Of a DNA stretch of 54,577 bases, positions 18,349 through 27,901 are shown piece after piece. Positions within the stretch are counted from its first letter, which is position 1, and every line of letters starts with the position of its first letter. Where the stretch lies: the sequence record SRR22947727_858; one strand, given 5' to 3'. The notes below the pieces were generated by a model, which was given only the letters and a program-made list of their open reading frames with translations, was not told where the DNA came from and searched no databases. The position numbers and the translations under genes were made by a program.

Positions 18349-19683
18349 ATGTTAAACGTAAAACACAAACTCCTTTCAGGCGCCGCTGCAGCGGTAATCC
18401 TGCCAGGCGCGGTTTTGGCGCAAGAAGCTCCGGCTCTGGTGCCGACGGATAGCGTCTTTATTCTGAATTCTCTGCTGTTTTTAATTGGCGGCTTCTTGGT
18501 GTTCTGGATGGCCGCCGGGTTTGCCATGTTGGAAGCCGGCCTTGTGCGCTCAAAAAACGTGACCATGCAATTAACGAAAAACGTGGCCTTATTTTCGTTG
18601 GCAGCCATTTTCTATTACCTCATTGGGTATAATCTTATGTATCCGCTGGGAACATGGGCGGTTGAGGGCGTGCTTTCTGGTGTTTGGGGCACGGCAGTTC
18701 TAGAAGCGGTCGGCGTTACAGCGGATGCGGCGGATGATTATGGCTATGCGTCCACCGGTTCAGATTTCTTCTTCCAATTGATGTTCTGCGCCGCAACGGC
18801 CTCTATCGTCTCGGGCGCGTTGGCCGAAAGGATCAAACTGTGGCCATTTTTGATTTTTACGGTCATTTTGACAAGCATCATTTACCCGCTGCAAGCCAGC
18901 TGGAAATGGGGCGGTGGCTTCTTGGACGGTATGGGCTTTTTAGACTTTGCCGGTTCAACAGTCGTGCATTCGGTTGGTGGATGGGCTGCGCTTGCAGGTG
19001 CGATCATCCTAGGGCCACGGCTTGGCAAATACACAGCTGACGGCAAAGTGGTGCCGATCCAGGGCTCAAATCTGGCATTGGCGACTTTGGGTACATTCAT
19101 TCTATGGCTTGGCTGGTTCGGCTTTAACGGTGGCTCACAGCTTGCGATGGGCTCTGTCGGAGATGTGGCAGATGTGTCGCGCATTTTCGCCAACACAAAC
19201 GCCGCCGCTGCAGGCGGTGCTGTTGCCGCTTTGATCCTGACGCAACTGCTTTATTCAAAGCCAGACCTTACGATGATTTTGAACGGAGCCCTGGCCGGCT
19301 TGGTGTCGATCACAGCGGAGCCTTTGACACCGTCTTTGGGGGCGGCAACCATTATCGGTGCGATTGGCGGAGTGATTGTTGTGTTCTCGGTTCCATTCCT
19401 AGACAAGTTGAAAATTGACGATGTCGTTGGCGCGATTCCGGTGCATTTGTTTGCAGGGATTTGGGGTACGATCGCAGTTGTGTTCACCAATGGCGACGCC
19501 TCGCTGGGCACCCAGCTGTACTCAATCATTGTTGTGGGTATTTTCGTAACCGTTGCCTCAGCGATCGTTTGGTTCATTCTTAAAGCAACAACGGGTATCC
19601 GCGTTGCAGAAGAAGATGAGATTAACGGTCTGGATATGTCAGAGCTGGGCATGGATGCCTATCCTGAGTTTTCCAAAAGCTAA
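18349..19683 (+). CDS. amtB: Ammonium transporter
   Basis: DFAGSTVVH, GWFGFNGGS and DDVVGAIPVH (both pore histidines present). ATG at 18349 has an SD; the track's longer start overlaps glnK. Confidence 0.95.
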   Translation: MLNVKHKLLSGAAAAVILPGAVLAQEAPALVPTDSVFILNSLLFLIGGFLVFWMAAGFAMLEAGLVRSKNVTMQLTKNVALFSLAAIFYYLIGYNLMYPLGTWAVEGVLSGVWGTAVLEAVGVTADAADDYGYASTGSDFFFQLMFCAATASIVSGALAERIKLWPFLIFTVILTSIIYPLQASWKWGGGFLDGMGFLDFAGSTVVHSVGGWAALAGAIILGPRLGKYTADGKVVPIQGSNLALATLGTFILWLGWFGFNGGSQLAMGSVGDVADVSRIFANTNAAAAGGAVAALILTQLLYSKPDLTMILNGALAGLVSITAEPLTPSLGAATIIGAIGGVIVVFSVPFLDKLKIDDVVGAIPVHLFAGIWGTIAVVFTNGDASLGTQLYSIIVVGIFVTVASAIVWFILKATTGIRVAEEDEINGLDMSELGMDAYPEFSKS

Positions 19684-19704
19684 TCGCTTATCAATCTGGA
19701 AATT

Positions 19705-19732
19705 AAAAAGGGCCCATCTGGGCCCTTTTTTT
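19705..19732. terminator. Bidirectional intrinsic terminator between convergent amtB and prs
   Basis: AAAAAGGGCCCA-TC-TGGGCCCTTTTTTT: GC-rich stem flanked by A- and T-tracts. Confidence 0.85.
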
Positions 19733-19779
19733 ATCCGTTTTATATTTCAAAAACGGGATGCCCAAGCGCTTTTAGCGCG

Positions 19780-20790
19780 TTAGTAAAGGCCATCATAGAT
19801 CGGCCCTAAAGTATCTGTTTCGAATAATGATGAGACCGAAGTACCGTTCCAAATGTTCAAGATTGCCTGCGCAAACATCGGCGCCGTTGGCACAATGCGA
19901 ATATTTGGCGCTGCCAAAACGGCAGGGCTCGCCTCAATCGAATCAGTGATCACCAGTGATTTCATCACCGATTTTGTGATCCGCTCAACGGCAGGGCCAG
20001 ATAAAACACCATGCGTAATATATGAATGCACTTCGGAGGCACCGTTTTCAATCAACAGTTCGGCGGCTTTGCATAAGGTGCCGGCGGTATCGCAAATATC
20101 ATCCACAATGATGCATTTCTTTCCCGATACGTTGCCAATTACCGTCATCTCGGCGATTTCACCGGCTTTTTCACGGCGCTTATCAACAATGGCCAAGGGC
20201 GCTTCGATCCGCTTTGCAAGCTCGCGCGCCCGCGCAACCCCGCCCACATCTGGCGAGACAACCATTATATCGTCGGTCGTTTCTTTGAATTGATGCAAAA
20301 TATCAAGCGCAAAGATTGGTGACGCGTAAAGGTTATCAACGGGGATATCGAAAAAACCTTGTATTTGTGCCGCGTGCAAATCCATGGTGAGCACGCGCTC
20401 AATGCCAGCCTCAACCAACATATTGGCCACCAATTTGGCGCTGATCGGCGTTCGGGCTTTGGCGCGGCGGTCTTGCCTTGCATAGCCAAAATACGGGATC
20501 ACGGCGGTGATACGGCTGGCCGAAGAGCGGCGCAGCGCGTCGGACATGATCAACAATTCCATCAAGTTGTCATTTGCAGGGTTCGACGTGGATTGAAGAA
20601 TAAACATATCTTCGCCGCGCACGTTTTCATACACTTCCACAAAAATTTCTTGATCATTGAAGCGTTCGACTCGGGCATCGACCAATCCAACATTTAATCC
20701 ACGGTGCAGTGACATCCGTCGAGAGATGGCTTTTGCCAAAGTGAGGTTGGCATTGCCTGCGATGATTTTGGGTTCGTTGAGATTTGGCAT
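19780..20790 (-). CDS. prs: Ribose-phosphate pyrophosphokinase
   Basis: [37 protein letters not shown] and [10 protein letters not shown]. Confidence 0.96.
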   Translation of the reverse strand: MPNLNEPKIIAGNANLTLAKAISRRMSLHRGLNVGLVDARVERFNDQEIFVEVYENVRGEDMFILQSTSNPANDNLMELLIMSDALRRSSASRITAVIPYFGYARQDRRAKARTPISAKLVANMLVEAGIERVLTMDLHAAQIQGFFDIPVDNLYASPIFALDILHQFKETTDDIMVVSPDVGGVARARELAKRIEAPLAIVDKRREKAGEIAEMTVIGNVSGKKCIIVDDICDTAGTLCKAAELLIENGASEVHSYITHGVLSGPAVERITKSVMKSLVITDSIEASPAVLAAPNIRIVPTAPMFAQAILNIWNGTSVSSLFETDTLGPIYDGLY

Positions 20791-21042
20791 CCAGAAAGTA
20801 TTCCTTGATCGCTTTGTAACAGAATCGTGATGTTGTTATCGCTTAACATGGTAGACCTCTCGGGCCTAGATCGGGATCTCATTCCAGCCCAAAAAATGTC
20901 ACAAAAGAATATTCTTAAAGAGATGGCAGCGGCAATCTGGCAAAAAAGTGAAACCTGTTTGACGCGTTTGCGCTGCGTCTGCAGGATATTGGTTCGCAGC
21001 CAGGGATATAAAAGGCTGGCGTTAGATATTAAGGGGTATCAT

Positions 21043-21858
21043 TTGAAACGTGACATTCGGGCTGGCTATCCAACGGCTTGGCAAATGACTGGATCAGGGT
21101 CGCGGGCTGTGCTCTTGCTGCATTGTTCATTGGCGATGTCTTCGGCATGGTGCGGCCTATTGGCCGAAATGGCGCAAAGCGAGCATCAGTTTACTATGTT
21201 TGATTTGCCCGGCCATGGAGAAAGCTTGAAATGGGATTTTCGTGGTGCGTTTCATGATGTCAGCACTGCCGTTGCCGCAAGCTTTTTGGATCAGAAGATG
21301 GATTTAATCGGTCATTCTTTCGGAGCCAGTGTTGCGCTTCGGCTTGCGCTCGAGCATCCAGATTTGGTGCGGTCGCTTATCTTGATTGAGCCGGTTATTT
21401 TCTCATTGGGCTTTGCCTTTGAACCGGCCTCTAAACAGGCTTTTTTGCATGATCATTCTGAGTTTAATCGCGCCATAGCGCGGGAAGAGTTTGTAGGCGC
21501 TGCACGCGCGTTTCACCAGCTTTGGGGAAGCGGTCAATCTTGGGATAGATTGCCGGATAAAGTGCAGCTCGGCATGGTGGATAAAATCCATTTAATTCCT
21601 GCCGCAGCGTCGCATGTGGTTGAAGATGCTTATGGGTTTTGTACGGCTGGGTTGCTCGAAAAGATTGAGGCACCGGTTTTGCTTTTGCAGGGCAGTGCCT
21701 CTTCCGCCCCAATGCCAGCGGTTATATCATCTTTACAAGCCCGCTTGCCCCGCAGCCTTGTGAAAACGTTAGAAGGAGCTGGCCATATGGCACCGATCAC
21801 GCATGCGAAAGCAACCGCAGCGCATATACAAAGTTTTTTGAAGAAGCATCCGGTTTAA
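21043..21858 (+). CDS. Alpha/beta-fold hydrolase
   Basis: LLLHCS, DLPGHG, GHSFG nucleophile elbow and GAGHMAP. TTG at 21043 (SD AGGGG) is more plausible than the track start at 20827. Confidence 0.82.
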   Translation: MKRDIRAGYPTAWQMTGSGSRAVLLLHCSLAMSSAWCGLLAEMAQSEHQFTMFDLPGHGESLKWDFRGAFHDVSTAVAASFLDQKMDLIGHSFGASVALRLALEHPDLVRSLILIEPVIFSLGFAFEPASKQAFLHDHSEFNRAIAREEFVGAARAFHQLWGSGQSWDRLPDKVQLGMVDKIHLIPAAASHVVEDAYGFCTAGLLEKIEAPVLLLQGSASSAPMPAVISSLQARLPRSLVKTLEGAGHMAPITHAKATAAHIQSFLKKHPV

Positions 21859-22469
21859 TTTTTAGCACCAATTTTTGTTTCTTGGCCTTTAGAGAGCCGC
21901 AGAATATTCGATCTATGGCGCCAAAACACCAAGATTGCCAAGCTCACGCACAGAACCAGCATGGTTGGATAGCCCAACAAAAGCGCCCAAATAGGCGCAC
22001 TGGCCGTTGCGATTAAAGCCGCCAAGGAAGAAAATCGAAACAGCGCTGCGGCGGCCAGCCATGTGGCGCAAGCGGCAAGCCCCAATGGCCAGAACAGCGC
22101 ATAATACACGCCCAAAAGCGTTGCCACGCCTTTGCCGCCCTGAAATCGCAGCCAAACCGGGTAGCAATGTCCTAAAAGGGCGCTTATTGCCGCAATCTGC
22201 GCGCTGGCTTCCCCTGAATAGGACAGCGCCAGCGCAACCGCGAAAGCCCCTTTTGCAGCATCTAAGGCCAGCGTTAAGGCCGCGGCTTTTTTGTTGCCAG
22301 TGCGCAGGACATTGGTAGCACCTATATTGCCCGAGCCAATATTGCGCAGATTGCCCAAGCCCATGGCTTTTGCAAGCAGCAAGCCAAAGGGAATACTGCC
22401 GATAAAATACGAAAGTCCGGTCCAAAAGATGAGTTCGCTTAAATTGACAGAGAGCGCTGGCATGATCAT
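21855..22469 (-). CDS. plsY: Glycerol-3-phosphate acyltransferase PlsY
   Basis: GSIPFG, GSGNIGATN, GH..P..L.F.GGKGVAT and H.SNI.RL..G.E. Confidence 0.94.
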   Translation of the reverse strand: MIMPALSVNLSELIFWTGLSYFIGSIPFGLLLAKAMGLGNLRNIGSGNIGATNVLRTGNKKAAALTLALDAAKGAFAVALALSYSGEASAQIAAISALLGHCYPVWLRFQGGKGVATLLGVYYALFWPLGLAACATWLAAAALFRFSSLAALIATASAPIWALLLGYPTMLVLCVSLAILVFWRHRSNILRLSKGQETKIGAKN

Positions 22470-23728
22470 TGTCCAAACACCTGTTTTCCCGCCACAAAGC
22501 TGGCTAAAATGCGGCCTTGTAAACGTGCGCCATCAAAGGGGGTGTTTTTGGATTTTGACTTTAATGTTGCCCGGTCCAAAACAAAGGGCTGATTGGCATC
22601 AAATAAAACCAGATCAGCCGGCGCCCCGATTGCCAAACGCCCGCAGGGCAGGCCCAGCCTTTTGGCGGGGTTCAGCGCCAGCGCGCGAAACAAACCAGGC
22701 AAATCCATTTCGCCCGAATGAAACAGGCGCAATGCCGCGGGCAGCAGGGTTTCAAGCCCCACAGCGCCCGAGGCGGCTTCTTCAAACGGCAAACGTTTGC
22801 TTTCTTCATCTTGCGGGGTGTGCATCGAGCTGATCGTATCAATCAGGCCGCTTTGCAGCGCCTCAATAATGGCGTGTCGATCTTCTTCGGAACGCAAGGG
22901 TGGTTTGACTTTGAAAAAGGTTCTGTAATCCGCCACGTCCAGTTCGTTTAGCGTCAGGTGATGGATCGACGTGCCTGCGGTGATATCAAGGCCGTTAGTT
23001 TTGGCGCGCTGCAAGGCCGGCAAAGCGCGCGCTGTGGTGATTTGATCAGCATGATATTTCGCCCCCGTCATTTCCAGAAGGGCAATATCTCGATCAAGAC
23101 CCATACGCTCTGCGATTGCGGATACGGCTGGAAGCCCGCGCAGCGAGGCAAATTTGCCCGAGGTTGCCGCCGCGCCTTTTGACAATCCCGGATCTTGCGG
23201 ATGTGCGATGATCAGGGCGCCAAGCGAACGGGCATAGCTAAGCGCGCGTGAAAACACCTTATTATCGCTGACCACATGATCGCAATCTGTGAAGGCCACT
23301 GCGCCTGCATCTAATAAAAACCCAATTTCAGTCATTTCACGGCCCTGCCGGCCTTTGGTCAGGGCGGCCATTGGCAAAACATTGATAGGGGCGTCCAAAT
23401 TGGCCCGCCTGCGCGTGAATTCGAGCGTTTCGGGGGTATCGATCGCGGGCAATGTATCGGGGCGGGTGATGATGGTTGTCACGCCGCCCGCGGCAGCTGC
23501 CTGACCGGCTGATTTGAAGCTTTCTTTATGGCGTTCGCCCGGCTCGCAAATTTTTACCCCGATATCCACCAAGCCGGGGGCAAGATATTTGCCGTTACAT
23601 TCAATAACGCGCTCGGCTGCTTGGTTTTCAAAGCTGCTAATTATGCCATTTTCAATGAAAATTTGGCCGATGCGGGTTTCACCCTGCTCGGGATCAACCA
23701 AATGGGCGTTTTTTAACAAAAGGCGCAT
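22466..23728 (-). CDS. pyrC: Dihydroorotase-like protein, probably inactive PyrC' subunit of aspartate carbamoyltransferase
   Basis: DHOase fold motifs (A.AGG.TT, KVKPPLR, GLETLL, NPA, NTPF), but the metal-binding HxH reads DIGVK and the catalytic 'TDHAP' reads 'SMHTP'; directly downstream of pyrB. Confidence 0.85.
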   Translation of the reverse strand: MRLLLKNAHLVDPEQGETRIGQIFIENGIISSFENQAAERVIECNGKYLAPGLVDIGVKICEPGERHKESFKSAGQAAAAGGVTTIITRPDTLPAIDTPETLEFTRRRANLDAPINVLPMAALTKGRQGREMTEIGFLLDAGAVAFTDCDHVVSDNKVFSRALSYARSLGALIIAHPQDPGLSKGAAATSGKFASLRGLPAVSAIAERMGLDRDIALLEMTGAKYHADQITTARALPALQRAKTNGLDITAGTSIHHLTLNELDVADYRTFFKVKPPLRSEEDRHAIIEALQSGLIDTISSMHTPQDEESKRLPFEEAASGAVGLETLLPAALRLFHSGEMDLPGLFRALALNPAKRLGLPCGRLAIGAPADLVLFDANQPFVLDRATLKSKSKNTPFDGARLQGRILASFVAGKQVFGQ

Positions 23729-23806
23729 GCAAGACCTCGCTTTTGATTTGTCGCCGTGTTGCCGTTCAATGCGCGCCTTGGTGTCAGGACGCGGCCTTTA
23801 AAAACA

Positions 23807-24754
23807 TCAGTCATGGCGCTCTTTCATCACGCGCTGATTGCGCGCCAAAAGATCCATTGTAGCCATGCGCACGGCCACTCCCATTTCCACTTGCTCTTGG
23901 ATCACCGAGCGATTGATATCATCGGCAATTTCGCCGTCAATTTCGACGCCGCGATTCATCGGTCCGGGATGCATTACAATCGCGTCAGGTTTGGCCGCGC
24001 GCAGCTTTGCCTCATCCAAACCATAGCGGTGATAATATTCACGTTCCGAGGGGATAAACCCGACATCCATGCGTTCGCGTTGCAAGCGCAGCATCATCAC
24101 AACATCTACGTCTTTTAAACCTTCTTGCATATCTTCAAAGATCTCGCAGCCAAAGGCATCGATTCCGGAGGGCATCAGCGTTGGCGGCGCAATCAATCGA
24201 ATGCGGTTTTCCATTTTCCCCAATAGAATTATGTTTGAACGGGCGACGCGGGAATGCGCAATATCACCGCAAATTGCGATGCTTAAACGGTGCAAGCGGC
24301 CCTTCGCCCGCTGGATTGTCAAAGCATCTAGCAGCGCTTGGGTTGGGTGTTCATGGCGTCCATCACCGGCGTTTAACACGCTGCAATTCACCTTTTGGGC
24401 CAGGAGATCAACCGCACCTGAATGCGGGTGACGCACCACCAAAAGATCGGGATGCATCGCGTTCAACGTCATCGCCGTATCAATCAGTGTTTCGCCCTTT
24501 TTGATCGAGCTGGCCTGCATGGACATGTTCATCACATCGGCGCCCAATCTTTTTCCAGCCAGTTCAAAAGAGGCTTGCGTGCGGGTGGAGTTCTCAAAAA
24601 ACATATTCACTTGCGTGCGTCCGGCCAACACGTCTGAATGTTTGTTTGGCCGACGGTTGAGATCCACATAACTGTCTGAAAGATCCAGAATCTCGCGAAT
24701 AGCCTCTGGTGCAAGGGGCTCAATTCCCAACAGATGCCTATGCTTGAACGCCAT
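23807..24754 (-). CDS. pyrB: Aspartate carbamoyltransferase catalytic subunit
   Basis: [35 protein letters not shown] and [11 protein letters not shown]. Confidence 0.96.
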   Translation of the reverse strand: MAFKHRHLLGIEPLAPEAIREILDLSDSYVDLNRRPNKHSDVLAGRTQVNMFFENSTRTQASFELAGKRLGADVMNMSMQASSIKKGETLIDTAMTLNAMHPDLLVVRHPHSGAVDLLAQKVNCSVLNAGDGRHEHPTQALLDALTIQRAKGRLHRLSIAICGDIAHSRVARSNIILLGKMENRIRLIAPPTLMPSGIDAFGCEIFEDMQEGLKDVDVVMMLRLQRERMDVGFIPSEREYYHRYGLDEAKLRAAKPDAIVMHPGPMNRGVEIDGEIADDINRSVIQEQVEMGVAVRMATMDLLARNQRVMKERHD

Positions 24755-24903
24755 TGCACAACCCCGCTTAGTTCAGGCCTCATACTCAGAGCGGCGCCAT
24801 CGCACAAGGCTTGGTGTGAAAATTTTTCAATTCGCCTGCCTTGATGGGCTGCGCGATCCGCACTGGCTTTTCCTCGCGCGGGGAACCGGCTAGCATAGGC
24901 TTT

Positions 24904-25692
24904 ATGGAATCGCAGTTAGACTGGCATAATGCACGCGCCTTACTTGAGTGGCAGGTTGACCTTGGCGCCACTGAGGCCATCCAAGAGCAGCCCGTAGATC
25001 GCTTTGCATTGGATCCGGCGCCTGTCAAAGCGCCGAAAATTATGCCAAGCGTTGCGAAACCGCCCGCTGCGCCACAAGTGCCAGCCATTGACTCGGTTGC
25101 GGTTGCGCGGGGGCTGGCAGAGCAATCGCAGACTTTGGAGGAGTTGGCCGCCGCGATTGGTGGGTTTGAGCTTTGTGATTTGCGAAAAGGCGCGCGAAAT
25201 CTTGTTTTTGGTGAGGGCCAAACCGGATGTGATGTGATGATTATAGGGGATGTTCCTGGACGCGAAGACGATCTACACGGAAAGCCTTTTTTGGGGCCAT
25301 CCGGGCAGCTATTAGATAAAATGCTTGGGGCGATAGGCCTATCGCGGCCATCGGCGGCAATGCCGTCTAACGTTTACCTTGCGCCATTTTTACCTTGGCG
25401 ACCGCCGCAAAGCCGGCGCCCCAGCCCTGCCGAGATAGCGATGATGGCACCGTTTATGCGCCGGCACATCGTTTTGGCAGCTCCGAAAACTTTGGTTTTG
25501 ATGGGGGGGATTGCTTGCGATGCGCTTTTGGGCAAATCCAACCTCACCGATCTGCGCGGACAATGGTTTGAGTTCGAGGGTATTCCGCTGCTTCCCATGC
25601 TGTCTCCTGGATATTTACTGCGCATGCCATCGGCGAAAAAATCAGCGTGGAAAGATCTTTTGACGCTTAAAAAGAGGTTGGAACTGGAATGA
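24904..25692 (+). CDS. Uracil-DNA glycosylase family 4-like protein (catalytic motifs degenerate)
   Basis: LVFGEG, G(D)[31 protein letters not shown], (S)PGYLLR.P..K..AW.DL; ATG at 24904. Confidence 0.82.
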   Translation: MESQLDWHNARALLEWQVDLGATEAIQEQPVDRFALDPAPVKAPKIMPSVAKPPAAPQVPAIDSVAVARGLAEQSQTLEELAAAIGGFELCDLRKGARNLVFGEGQTGCDVMIIGDVPGREDDLHGKPFLGPSGQLLDKMLGAIGLSRPSAAMPSNVYLAPFLPWRPPQSRRPSPAEIAMMAPFMRRHIVLAAPKTLVLMGGIACDALLGKSNLTDLRGQWFEFEGIPLLPMLSPGYLLRMPSAKKSAWKDLLTLKKRLELE

Positions 25693-26231
25693 GCCGAATT
25701 GATAACACCGCAACGTTTATCCCTGTGCGCATCGCAGTGCTGACAGTTTCAGATAGCCGCAGCCTTGAAACGGATAAATCCGGCCAAACCTTGGTGGATC
25801 GGCTGGGCGAGGCCGGCCATCATTTGGCAGATCGCATGATCCTATGCGATGAGCGCGATCAAATCGCAGCGCAGCTGCGCGCTTGGATCGCGCGCGAGGA
25901 TGTGGATGTGGTGATTTCAACCGGTGGAACAGGGTTAACCGGCCGCGACGTGACGGTTGAGGCGCATAAAGATGTGTATGAAAAAGAAATTCAGGCTTTT
26001 GGCACCGTGTTCACGATGATCAGTATGCAAAAGATTGGCACATCGGCTGTGCAAAGCCGCGCAACAGCAGGCGTGTCGGGCGGAACCTATTTATTTGCTC
26101 TGCCGGGAAGCCCCGGCGCTTGCCGTGATGCGTGGGATGAAATTTTGGCAAAGCAGCTCGATTTTCGACATCGCCCCTGCAATTTCGTTGAAATTATGCC
26201 AAGGCTTGATGAACATTTGCGCCGTAAATAG
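25689..26231 (+). CDS. moaB: Molybdenum cofactor biosynthesis protein B
   Basis: [25 protein letters not shown] and LPGSPGAC. Confidence 0.93.
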   Translation: MSRIDNTATFIPVRIAVLTVSDSRSLETDKSGQTLVDRLGEAGHHLADRMILCDERDQIAAQLRAWIAREDVDVVISTGGTGLTGRDVTVEAHKDVYEKEIQAFGTVFTMISMQKIGTSAVQSRATAGVSGGTYLFALPGSPGACRDAWDEILAKQLDFRHRPCNFVEIMPRLDEHLRRK

Positions 26232-26441
26232 CAAAAGCTCATACTGCCAAATTTGAGACGCGTGCTTTGTTAAGCACGGACATGCCCTGCAGGGTGAGAA
26301 ATTGGCTTCAAAATAACCGCCACAATTGATTTGCGTAAGACGAAAAACGAGACCCAGCATGATTGGTTATGTTTTTAGGCCTTGGCGCGGCGGAATGTCA
26401 CCCTATTTAACAGATGACTTCTTGAAAGCTGTGGAACCACG

Positions 26442-27899
26442 ATGCGATTTTTTCGAAAAAGTTTGATTGGCCTTTTGTTGTTATCCATTAGCCTTGGGTT
26501 GATCGCCTATGCGGGGCAGATGGTGTCTACGGCGCTGGATGAGCGCATGTCAAAACCGGCGCGCAAGGCCAAGCAGCGCGAGCGCGTTTTTGCTGTGAAC
26601 GTGGTCGCGGCCGAAGCGAAAACCGAAACGCCTATGTTAAGCGCGTTTGGTGAAATTCAAAGCCGCCGTACTTTGGATCTTCGGCTGGGTACGGCTGGGC
26701 AAGTTGCCTATGTATCGGATAATTTCGTTGAGGGCGGTCAGGTGCAGGCGGGCGAGCTATTGCTGCGGCTGGATGAAGCGAATGCCCGCTCTGAATTGGC
26801 GCGGGCTGAGGCCGATTTGCAGGATGCGCGGATTGAAGCGGATCAGGCGCTTAGGGCATTGGGTTTGGTGCAAGATGAACTGACTGCGGCCGTTGATCAG
26901 GCCGATCTACGCCGTCGCGCTTTTGAGCGTCAGGCCGATTTGAAACAGCGCGGCGTGGGCACTGCATCTGCCGTTGAATCGGCTGAAATTGCCAGTTCAT
27001 CAGCGGGTCAAGCGGTGTTAAGCCGCCGCAGCGCGCTGGATCAAGCCGAGTTGCGCCGCGACCAAGCCACCACACGGCTTGCGCGGGCCCAATTGATGCT
27101 GGAAGACGCCCAAAGGCGTTTGCAAGATACCAGTTTATTCGCCGAGTTTCCCGGTACATTGAGTGGGATTCGCCTTGTGCAAGGTGGGTTGGTCAGCCCG
27201 AATGAAAAATTGGGTAGTTTAATTGATCCCGGCCGGCTCGAAGTGGCGTTTCGCATCTCGACCGCGCAATATACGCGCTTGATTGATGATGCTGGGCGTT
27301 TGCTGGCCGCGCCGGTTTTGGTTTCTTTAAGCAGCTCTGGGGGTGATCTTACGTCAAAAGCCGTGTTGAGCCGCGATAGCGGGTCGGTGGGTGATGGGCT
27401 AACCGGTCGTGTGGTGTTTGCCACGCTCTCCGATCCGCGCGGTTTAAAACCCGGCGATTTTGTGACCATTGAAGTGGAAGAGCCAGAATTGCCCTATGTG
27501 ATTAGGTTACCTGCCTCTGCGGTGGATGCGGCCGGGCGCGTTCTTTTTTTGGAAGAGGATGACCGTCTTGACTCGCTTGAAGTGCGGGTGCTGCGCCGTC
27601 AGGGCGATGATGTTCTTGTCCGTTCCCGGGCTTTATCCGGGCGCGAGGTTGTTGCACAGCGCAGCCCGGTTCTGGGCGCAGGTATCAAAGTTAAGCCCCT
27701 GCGCGCCGCCGATGGTACGCAAATAGAAGAGCCAGCCTTGGTTGAGTTAACCTCTGACCGACGGGCCAAACTTATGGCCTATATTGAGGGCAATGGTTAT
27801 ATCCCGGCCGATGCCAAGAAGCGCATTTTAACCCAATTACAGCAAGAAAAAGTACCCGCGCAGGTGGTTGAGCGGATTGAAAGCAGGATGGGAGGCTAA
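26442..27899 (+). CDS. RND efflux periplasmic adaptor (membrane fusion protein)
   Basis: N-terminal membrane anchor, lipoyl-like 'G.V..V..NF..GG.V..GE.L..LD', long alpha-hairpin and 'LKPGDFV'; directly upstream of an RND permease. Confidence 0.85.
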   Translation: MRFFRKSLIGLLLLSISLGLIAYAGQMVSTALDERMSKPARKAKQRERVFAVNVVAAEAKTETPMLSAFGEIQSRRTLDLRLGTAGQVAYVSDNFVEGGQVQAGELLLRLDEANARSELARAEADLQDARIEADQALRALGLVQDELTAAVDQADLRRRAFERQADLKQRGVGTASAVESAEIASSSAGQAVLSRRSALDQAELRRDQATTRLARAQLMLEDAQRRLQDTSLFAEFPGTLSGIRLVQGGLVSPNEKLGSLIDPGRLEVAFRISTAQYTRLIDDAGRLLAAPVLVSLSSSGGDLTSKAVLSRDSGSVGDGLTGRVVFATLSDPRGLKPGDFVTIEVEEPELPYVIRLPASAVDAAGRVLFLEEDDRLDSLEVRVLRRQGDDVLVRSRALSGREVVAQRSPVLGAGIKVKPLRAADGTQIEEPALVELTSDRRAKLMAYIEGNGYIPADAKKRILTQLQQEKVPAQVVERIESRMGG

Positions 27900-27901
27900 A
27901 G

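Noticed and set aside
20827..21042. N-terminal extension of the alpha/beta hydrolase
   Set aside because: Occupies the divergent promoter region and does not resemble the family; TTG at 21043 preferred
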